A stretch of DNA of 13,641 bases from Tolypothrix sp. NIES-4075 (GCF_002218085.1 NZ_BDUC01000003.1:974565-988205), one strand, 5' to 3'; shown: positions 1 to 5,224, numbered from the stretch's first letter. Numbers and translations: made by a program. The notes: generated by a model not told the origin, from the sequence alone.

Positions 1-98
1 ATATTTGTGAGCAACGCTTAGGTGTAAATCATCCCGACACTATCACTACTCGTGAAAATTTGGCAAGTCTTCGCGCTGCGATGACTTCAGAGCAGTAA
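1..98 (+). CDS. 3' end of a TPR-repeat NLR-like (STAND) protein, paralog of the 2091..4178 gene. Only the last 31 codons plus stop are in the window; codon phase starts at nt 3 and the 5' part lies outside.
   Basis: Translation from nt 3 is ICEQRLGVNHPDTITTRENLASLRAAMTSEQ*. It aligns with the C-terminus of the 2091..4178 product (FQRQLGVNHPHTITVRENLATLRAEITSKQ*). Nucleotide identity is roughly 80-85% by eye and continues past the TAA stop at 96-98. Confidence 0.8.
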   Translation, partial: ICEQRLGVNHPDTITTRENLASLRAAMTSEQ

Positions 99-149
99 AA
101 TTCAACGTCATTGCCTCAAGTTGAAGTTATAAACTCGGATTTTGCACTG

Positions 150-385
150 TTGAACCTGAAGTTTCATGCTCAGAAGCTCAACGTTCACCCTCAGAAGCTC
201 AACATTCACCTTCAGAGGCTCAACATTCACCTTCAGAGGCTCAACATTCACCTTCAGAGGCTCAACATTCACCTTCAGAGGCTCAACGTTCACCTTCAGA
301 GGCTCAACATTCACCTTCAGAGGCTCAACGTTCACCCTTTGAGGCTCATCGTTTATGCTTTGAGGCTCAACTTCCGAGTTCCAAG
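150..385. repeat. Tandem array A. The 21-bp unit is gctcaacRttcaccYtcagaR. Eight well-conserved copies span 176..343, with degenerate copies on both sides.
   Basis: Unit boundaries read directly at 176, 197, 218, 239, 260, 281, 302 and 323. Each unit is three related heptamers (gctcaac/attcacc/ttcagag), like the STRR-type heptamer repeats of heterocystous cyanobacteria. The array starts about 55 nt after the stop of the upstream TPR gene. Confidence 0.95.
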
Positions 386-476
386 GTTGAATGATGGTGT
401 TAAAAGGCGTAAACGTAGCCCACCCAGGACAAAATTAGCTACGATCAATCATATAATTATTTTCACAAACACAGAA

Positions 477-686
477 ATGTTAATTACATACACGGCAAAA
501 TATACAAAAACTAATAGCGGATATATGGGACAACTGATTGAATGGCAAGAAGTCATCACAGAAGGAGAAACCATAGAAGAATGTAGGGTGATGTTGCAAG
601 ATGCAACCAAAGAAATGATTCTCGCTTATCGTCAACAAAATAAAGAAATTCCCACAGGTGATTTATTGCTCAACAAATTCCTATAG
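477..686 (+). CDS. HicB-like / UPF0150-fold antitoxin-family small protein (69 aa). No adjacent HicA is visible.
   Basis: This is an internal ATG of the 111..686 ORF. The product is MLITYTAKYTKTNSGYMGQLIEWQEVITEGETIEECRVMLQDATKEMILAYRQQNKEIPTGDLLLNKFL. It shows the pattern typical of small HicB-family antitoxins: beta-strand, G-Y/F, then E..GxTxEE and a helix. Everything upstream of 477 in this ORF is translated repeat array. Confidence 0.6.
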   Translation: MLITYTAKYTKTNSGYMGQLIEWQEVITEGETIEECRVMLQDATKEMILAYRQQNKEIPTGDLLLNKFL

Positions 687-716
687 AAGTTTGAGCGTGT
701 CAGTCAAACATTTTAC

Positions 717-1079
717 TCATATCGGTAATCGCCTCACTCGGAAAGTTTCATTACTCACAGAAATAATTACTCCTACCTCTAAATCTTCTTGACATTCACG
801 CAAAACTTGCGTCAACCGTTGATTAATTGCATCGTAATTTTCATTCCCCAACCTAAATAAAATCACACTGGGTAAACTATCGCCACTCACTGCTAAAAGC
901 TGGGCAAAATCTAAATCTATAGTTAATAAAATTCTCCCTTCTGCACGGGCTTTAATTAAAATCTCATCATCTGGTAGTCTTTGCAAACCTTCATCACGTA
1001 AATGCACCACATCATAACCATCACCACGCAACCAAAATACAGTGCGTAATGAAATTCCCATATCTGCCAAAAACTTCAT
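717..1079 (-). CDS. DUF5615-family PIN-like (Mut7-C-like) putative nuclease, the candidate toxin of a DUF433/DUF5615 pair.
   Basis: The 120-aa ORF reads MKFLADMGIS...DVVHLRDEGL..LPDDEILIKARAEGRILLTIDLDF. This matches the characteristic DUF5615 pattern (MKFLaDenl, hDV, D.eIl..A..E.RiLlT.D.DF). It sits 9 nt downstream of the DUF433 ORF on the same strand. Confidence 0.8.
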   Translation of the reverse strand: MKFLADMGISLRTVFWLRGDGYDVVHLRDEGLQRLPDDEILIKARAEGRILLTIDLDFAQLLAVSGDSLPSVILFRLGNENYDAINQRLTQVLRECQEDLEVGVIISVSNETFRVRRLPI

Positions 1080-1088
1080 GATTATTTT

Positions 1089-1319
1089 TTAAGCACTTTT
1101 GAACGGATAAACCCGCTCTTGAGTCAACCACGCCGCGTAAAGTAGAGATTGACGAATATCCTCTGGTTCTAAATCAGGATATTCTTCTAAAATCTCCGCT
1201 ACAGGTTTGTCATTAGCTACCAAATTTACGACTAAAGAAACCGGAATTCGCATCCCACGAATGCAAGCTTGTCCACCCATTACGCTAGGGTTAAATGTAA
1301 CTCTGTCTAGACCTAACAT
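1089..1319 (-). CDS. DUF433-domain protein, the candidate antitoxin/partner of DUF5615.
   Basis: The 76-aa ORF carries the DUF433 hallmark: NPSVMGGQACIRGMRIPVSLVVNLVA...ILEEYPDLEPEDIRQSLLYAA. It forms an operon-like arrangement with 717..1079. Confidence 0.85.
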   Translation of the reverse strand: MLGLDRVTFNPSVMGGQACIRGMRIPVSLVVNLVANDKPVAEILEEYPDLEPEDIRQSLLYAAWLTQERVYPFKSA

Positions 1320-1405
1320 AAAATTTAAAATTATCTCTCTAAAATATTGTTTATCTTTGCTTACAAGGATGTGGATTTAGCGGACATGGTATTACACAGT
1401 CGATC

Positions 1406-1444
1406 TTCCACCTAAACTTATTAAACCACGCAAAGCGATCGCGA
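1406..1444. repeat. Partial copy of a HIP1-centred dispersed repeat (family copy 1 of 3).
   Basis: ttccacctaaacttattaaaccacgcaaagcgatcgcg aligns with ttccacctaaaaggattaaagcacgctcatgcgatcgcatg at 4411 and with the copy at 5055. Confidence 0.6.
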
Positions 1445-1598
1445 CTATTCATCCAGTCCTAAATCATCTATACATCTTAATTCGTAGTGCGGACTGAAGT
1501 CCGCTCCTTCCTTACCATATTTTAATGAACCACCGGAGAAGACAAGCTTACACTTGAAGATATATATAACTGTAATCTTGTAATTAATAGCTTGCTGC

Positions 1599-2030
1599 AT
1601 GGAACCTGTAACAATCACAACTGTAGCAACAGCGATCGCCACAATAGTTTTCACTAAAGCCCTAGAAAAAACAGGCGAAAAGCTTGGAGAAGCTGCATTA
1701 AACCAAAGTCATAAGTTAATCGAACAGCTACGCCATAAGAATAAGTTACCATTACTAGCGAATGCCACACCAGAAAACCAAGAACGATTAGATTATGGCA
1801 AAGCAGTACTGGAGTTGAAAGCAGCAGCAGACGCAGATAGCGAAATTGCTGAATCAGTCCGGTCTGTAGAAGCAGCAGCAAACGCCGATGCACAAGTTGC
1901 GCCAAAAGTCAAAGAGTTAGCAAATGATATCAACTCGCAACCAGCAGGTGTAATCAATTCTACAAAGTTAGCTGAATCGATTAAAAACGTCTTTCAGGGA
2001 AATACTTTTAACGGTACTAATATCTTTTGA
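1599..2030 (+). CDS. 143-aa hypothetical protein. It has an N-terminal hydrophobic helix, an Ala/Asp/Glu-rich helical region and an N/G/Q-rich C-terminal tail. It may be the detached or read-through N-terminal effector module of the downstream NLR-like gene.
   Basis: ATG-initiated ORF. The N-terminus is MEPVTITTVATAIATIVFTKALEKTGEKLGE and the tail is IKNVFQGNTFNGTNIF*. It is in the same reading frame as 2091..4178, and only the TGA at 2028-2030 lies between them. Confidence 0.6.
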   Translation: MEPVTITTVATAIATIVFTKALEKTGEKLGEAALNQSHKLIEQLRHKNKLPLLANATPENQERLDYGKAVLELKAAADADSEIAESVRSVEAAANADAQVAPKVKELANDINSQPAGVINSTKLAESIKNVFQGNTFNGTNIF

Positions 2031-2090
2031 CTCTGTACGTCCGAACGGGAACGGACAAAGTTAAATCCCCCTATTATAATACCGCATAAT

Positions 2091-4178
2091 TTGCCCTGGA
2101 GTGGGGTGACGGAGTTTGTCGGGCGTGAAAAAGAACTCGAACATCTCCACCAACTCTTGCAGGGAAATGACTCTGTGGCGATCGCGGCTGTTGCTGGTAT
2201 GGGTGGCGTGGGTAAAACAGAATTGGCGTTGCAATATGCACTTAGTAAGCGCGAATTTTACTCAGGTGGGATTTGCTGGTGTCAAGTTAAAAGCGGCAAT
2301 GTCGGTTTGCAGGTGGTGCAATTTGCTCGCATTCACCTAGAATTAAACCCCTTGACAGATTTGGATTTAGTCGGGCAGGTAAAATATTGCTGGCAGCGCT
2401 GGCGTGAGGGTAAAGTGTTGCTAGTGCTGGATGACGTCACTATATATAAGGAAATTGTGCCGTATTTACCGCCGTCATCCTCCCGATTTAAGGTGCTGAT
2501 GACAACCAGAAAGCACTTCGGGCAGATTTCTAAATTACCATTAGATGTGCTGCAACCACAAGCCGCGCTGGAGTTGTTGCGAAATCTCATCGGCGCAAAA
2601 CGGGTTAATGTAGAGACGCGAAATTTCGCGTCTCTACCTGAAAGGTTGGGATATTTGCCTTTAGGGATAGAGTTAGTTGGACGGTATTTAGCAAGAAAAG
2701 AGGATTTGTCCCTCACAGAAATGTTGAAAAGGTTGGAGAAAAAGAAACTCTTTGAGCGTTCTTTATCTCAGCCAGAAGAAAACATGACAGCACAGCAGGG
2801 TGTGCAAGCAGCATTCGAGTTAAGTTGGCAAGAATTAAACGATACAGATAAGCAATTAGCGTGTTTGCTGAGTTTATTTGCTGCTGCACCGATACCTTGG
2901 GAGTTAGTGAAACAGTGCTTAAGTAGTGCGGATGCAGAAGAGTTAGAAGAAAGTCGGGATGATAAGCTGGTGAATTTGCATTTGCTACAGCGTAAGTCCA
3001 AGGGAGTTTATCAACTGCATCGACTGCTGCGAGAATTTTTTCAAGCGAAGTTAGAAGCACCACCTTTGCAGGAAAGTAGCAGGAATTTTAAACAAGCTTT
3101 TACCACAGTAATGATAGCAGTAGCCAAATATATTCCTCAAACCCCCACCCTTAAGTTTATCACCGCTGTCTCCCCCGCTATGCCTCATTTAGCAGAAGTA
3201 GCGAAGAATTTTATTCAACATATTAGCGATGAGGATTTAATCTGGGCTTTCGTCGGGCAGGGTCGATTTTACAATGGTCAGGGATTGTATGCTCAAGCAG
3301 AACCTTGGTTTAAGCTGTGTCTAGAAGTTACTAAAAAGCGTTTGGGAGACAACCATCCTTATGTAGCGCAAAGCTTAAACAACCTAGCAGGACTTTACAA
3401 ATCCCAAGGACGTTACCCAGATGCCGAACCATTGTACCAACAAGCTTTGCAACTAATGCGACACCTGCGGGGAGAAGAACATCCCTATCTTGCACCTACC
3501 CTCAACAGCTTGGCGGAACTCTACCGTTCTCAAGGACGTTACGCAGATGCCGAACCATTGTACCAACAAGCTTTGCAACTTCGGCGACATCTGTTGGGAG
3601 AAGAACATCCCGCTGTCGCAGTTAGCCTTAACAACTTGGCGTTACTTTACTATTATCAAGGACGCTATACTGAAGCCGAACCTCTAGCACTCCGAGCAAT
3701 AGAACTAGATAAGCAGTTTTTAGGGGAAAAGCACCCCGATTTAGCTACAGATATTCACAATTTGGCTTTGATATACCGCGCTCAAGGACGCTATAGCGAA
3801 GCAGAACCATTGTTTCTGGAAGCTTTGAAACTCAAACAGCTTCTACTGCCAGAAGATCATCCTCTTTTAGCAGATACTATCTACGCTCTCGGTTATATGT
3901 ACAGAATTCAGGGTTGCTACACTAAAGCAGAAGCATTTTCCATAAAAGCATTGGAACTCGATAAACGTTTGCTGGGAGACAATCATCCCCATGTCGCGCA
4001 AAGCTTAAACAACTTGGCAGAACTCTACAAATCTCAAGGAAGTTACAGCCAAGCCGAACCTTTATTGCAAGAAGCTTTAGATATTTTTCAGCGTCAGTTA
4101 GGTGTGAATCATCCCCACACTATCACTGTTCGTGAAAATCTGGCAACTCTTCGTGCTGAGATAACTTCAAAGCAGTAA
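2091..4178 (+). CDS. NB-ARC (STAND P-loop NTPase) plus seven 42-aa TPR units: a bacterial NLR-like protein. The start is uncertain. TTG 2091 is the track's start and GTG 2106 is the alternative. The frame is open upstream to the TGA at 2028.
   Basis: Walker A is [11 protein letters not shown] (nt ~2196-2228) and Walker B is VLLVLDDV. An NB-ARC-like region with LPLGIELVG follows. From about nt 3243 there are seven kinesin-light-chain-type TPR units (NLAxLYxSQGRYxxAEPLxxxALxxxxxxLGxxHPxVAxSLN). Confidence 0.9.
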   Translation: MPWSGVTEFVGREKELEHLHQLLQGNDSVAIAAVAGMGGVGKTELALQYALSKREFYSGGICWCQVKSGNVGLQVVQFARIHLELNPLTDLDLVGQVKYCWQRWREGKVLLVLDDVTIYKEIVPYLPPSSSRFKVLMTTRKHFGQISKLPLDVLQPQAALELLRNLIGAKRVNVETRNFASLPERLGYLPLGIELVGRYLARKEDLSLTEMLKRLEKKKLFERSLSQPEENMTAQQGVQAAFELSWQELNDTDKQLACLLSLFAAAPIPWELVKQCLSSADAEELEESRDDKLVNLHLLQRKSKGVYQLHRLLREFFQAKLEAPPLQESSRNFKQAFTTVMIAVAKYIPQTPTLKFITAVSPAMPHLAEVAKNFIQHISDEDLIWAFVGQGRFYNGQGLYAQAEPWFKLCLEVTKKRLGDNHPYVAQSLNNLAGLYKSQGRYPDAEPLYQQALQLMRHLRGEEHPYLAPTLNSLAELYRSQGRYADAEPLYQQALQLRRHLLGEEHPAVAVSLNNLALLYYYQGRYTEAEPLALRAIELDKQFLGEKHPDLATDIHNLALIYRAQGRYSEAEPLFLEALKLKQLLLPEDHPLLADTIYALGYMYRIQGCYTKAEAFSIKALELDKRLLGDNHPHVAQSLNNLAELYKSQGSYSQAEPLLQEALDIFQRQLGVNHPHTITVRENLATLRAEITSKQ

Positions 4179-4235
4179 AATTCAACTTCTCAGCCTCAAC
4201 GATGAAGTTCTCAACTCGGATTTTGCAGTGTTGAA

Positions 4236-4340
4236 GCTCAACTTTCAGCTTCAGAAGCTCAACTTTCAGCTTCAGAAGCTCAACTTTCAGCTTCAGAAGC
4301 TCAACTTTCAGCTTCAGAAGCTCAACTTTCAGCTTCTGAA
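4236..4340. repeat. Tandem array B. The 21-bp unit is gctcaactttcagcttcagaa, in five copies, with degenerate flanks over about 4179..4404.
   Basis: Units start at 4236, 4257, 4278, 4299 and 4320. The array starts 58 nt after the TAA of the NB-ARC/TPR gene. Its flanks are homologous to those of array A (aactcggattttgcaNtgttgaa upstream, aggttgaatgatRRtgtta downstream). Confidence 0.95.
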
Positions 4341-4410
4341 CTCGGATGATGAACCTCAAAGCTTGAATTATCAACTTCTGAGGTTGAATGATAATGTTAC
4401 ATAGTCACTT

Positions 4411-4470
4411 TTCCACCTAAAAGGATTAAAGCACGCTCATGCGATCGCATGAGTCTGCTGTGCGGCGCAT
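4411..4470. repeat. HIP1-centred dispersed repeat (family copy 2 of 3). This is the uninterrupted reference copy.
   Basis: The sequence is ttccacctaaaaggattaaagcacgctcatgcgatcgcatgagtctgctgtgcggcgcattacatt. It contains the 18-bp perfect palindrome ctcatgcgatcgcatgag. Confidence 0.7.
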
Positions 4471-4803
4471 TACATTCGTATATTTTTTTCATAAAATCTC
4501 GCGTACCACCAGGCACGATCGTACTTAAAAAAAGACTTAAGCGAAGGGCGATCGCTCATTAAGTAAACTTTTTGGTTTACTAACTTTGATTGCTGTGATG
4601 AACATTTACAGCAGCAATTCGTAGCAGGTGTGAATATTCCCTTGCTCAAAAAAAATGCTGATTTTTTTAACTATCACGCTTGTGACCTGTTCAACCGCAC
4701 CAAACTGCTATTAGTCAAAGTTTAAGACTGAACAAATTTTGAGAAAGCACCCGGTATTAGCTGACTAAGGAGTGATGAATTAAATATCCGAGTAGCTAAA
4801 CCA

Positions 4804-4965
4804 ATGAAAATTTTAGCAGTTTTGTTGATTAGCGCGATCGCCCTTCCGATGCCAGCGCTAGCAGATGCCTACAAATCACCCAGCTATGACTTACCTAATG
4901 CAATGAGTGATTGTACTTATCGCGGGGGTGGTCGCCGTGAAGATTGCTTCTCCCTCCTGCGCTAG
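4804..4965 (+). CDS. Small (53 aa) predicted secreted peptide with two Cys. It is not in the ORF track because it is shorter than 60 aa.
   Basis: My translation is MKILAVLLISAIALPMPALADAYKSPSYDLPNAMSDCTYRGGGRREDCFSLLR*. It has a textbook Sec signal peptide: an MK n-region, a hydrophobic core and ALA just before D. No convincing Shine-Dalgarno lies close to the ATG. Confidence 0.45.
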   Translation: MKILAVLLISAIALPMPALADAYKSPSYDLPNAMSDCTYRGGGRREDCFSLLR

Positions 4966-5054
4966 GTAAAACCCCAAAAAACCGGGAATGCCTTTGAAGC
5001 TAACCCGGTCGATTGCTTTTTGCTTTGAAAATGCATTACGCCGTCAAACCTAAC

Positions 5055-5200
5055 TACACCTAAAAGCATTAAACCACACTCATGCGATCGCATGAGTTAT
5101 GCTGTGCGATCAGCGCTTCGCCTCCGGCGACGCAAAGTGCGAACGCTGCTGCGCTTCCGCAGAGCGGACGCTTACGCGAACGCTATCGCGCATTATATTT
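5055..5200. repeat. HIP1-centred dispersed repeat (family copy 3 of 3), carrying a nested 79-bp GC-rich insertion at 5109..5187.
   Basis: It aligns with copy 2 on both sides (acacctaaaagcattaaaccacactcatgcgatcgcatgagttatgctgtgcg ... gcgcattatattt). The intervening segment, atcagcgcttcgcc...gcgaacgctatc, is absent from copy 2 and has imperfect inverted ends. Confidence 0.7.
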
Positions 5201-5224
5201 AAAATAAACATAAATAAAAGCGCG

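Noticed and set aside
108-335. Minus-strand heptad-repeat ORFs (108..335 with NVEPLKV repeats; 4123..4374 with KVELLKL repeats) as small coiled-coil proteins.
   Set aside because: Both are translations of the repeat arrays. The two would have incompatible physico-chemistry: one has a Pro every 7 residues and the other is leucine-zipper-like. The second overlaps the 3' end of the TPR gene. The shared QxCKIRVxNF simply reflects the conserved nucleotide flank. I cannot fully exclude expression.
150-385. Whether the 21-bp arrays (here and at 4236-4340) are CRISPR arrays.
   Set aside because: The units are directly abutting with no unique spacers, they are shorter than CRISPR repeats, and there are no cas genes in the window. 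They are simple tandem repeats.
111-686. The 191-aa ORF as a real protein with an LNIHLQR heptad-repeat N-terminus.
   Set aside because: The first ~120 codons are just the tandem array read in an open frame; the unit contains no stops in several frames. Only the last 69 codons, from ATG 477, look like a protein (HicB-like).
1489-1504. The hairpin gcggac-tgaa-gtccgc in the DUF433 / 143-aa-ORF intergenic region, as a terminator or regulatory element.
   Set aside because: It is a 6-bp stem with no flanking U-tract on either strand, and I cannot place it relative to a transcript. It may be a fragment of a dispersed repeat. Noted only.
2028-2060. Selenocysteine decoding of the in-frame TGA at 2028.
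   Set aside because: The only downstream structure is a 5-bp hairpin with an 8-nt loop, much smaller than a canonical bacterial SECIS. No redox-type Cys/Sec context is present. Sec usage is, to my knowledge, rare or absent in cyanobacteria. Left as a remote possibility under the read-through finding.
1980-2110. A classical two-gene amyloid-signalling pair, with the same motif at the effector C-terminus and the NLR N-terminus.
   Set aside because: The N/G/Q-rich tail (FQGNTFNGTNIF) has no matching copy in the residues preceding the NB-ARC domain (LCTSERERTKLNPPIIIPHNLPWSG). The in-frame arrangement fits a fused architecture better. The motif idea is kept only as a hypothesis for the tail.
1445-3687. 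Track ORFs 1445..1654(-), 1654..1905(-), 2116..2340(+), 2333..2716(-), 2713..3063(-), 2768..3001(-) and 3490..3687(+).
   Set aside because: All are shadow or antisense ORFs overlapping the well-supported 1599..2030 and 2091..4178 genes. Their compositions are low-complexity or implausible, and they have no recognisable motifs.
4981-5030. A terminator for the small-peptide ORF (accggg ... cccggt followed by ttgctttttgcttt).
   Set aside because: The stem is only 6 bp with a 17-nt loop, and the T-run is offset by several nucleotides. This is too weak to annotate.
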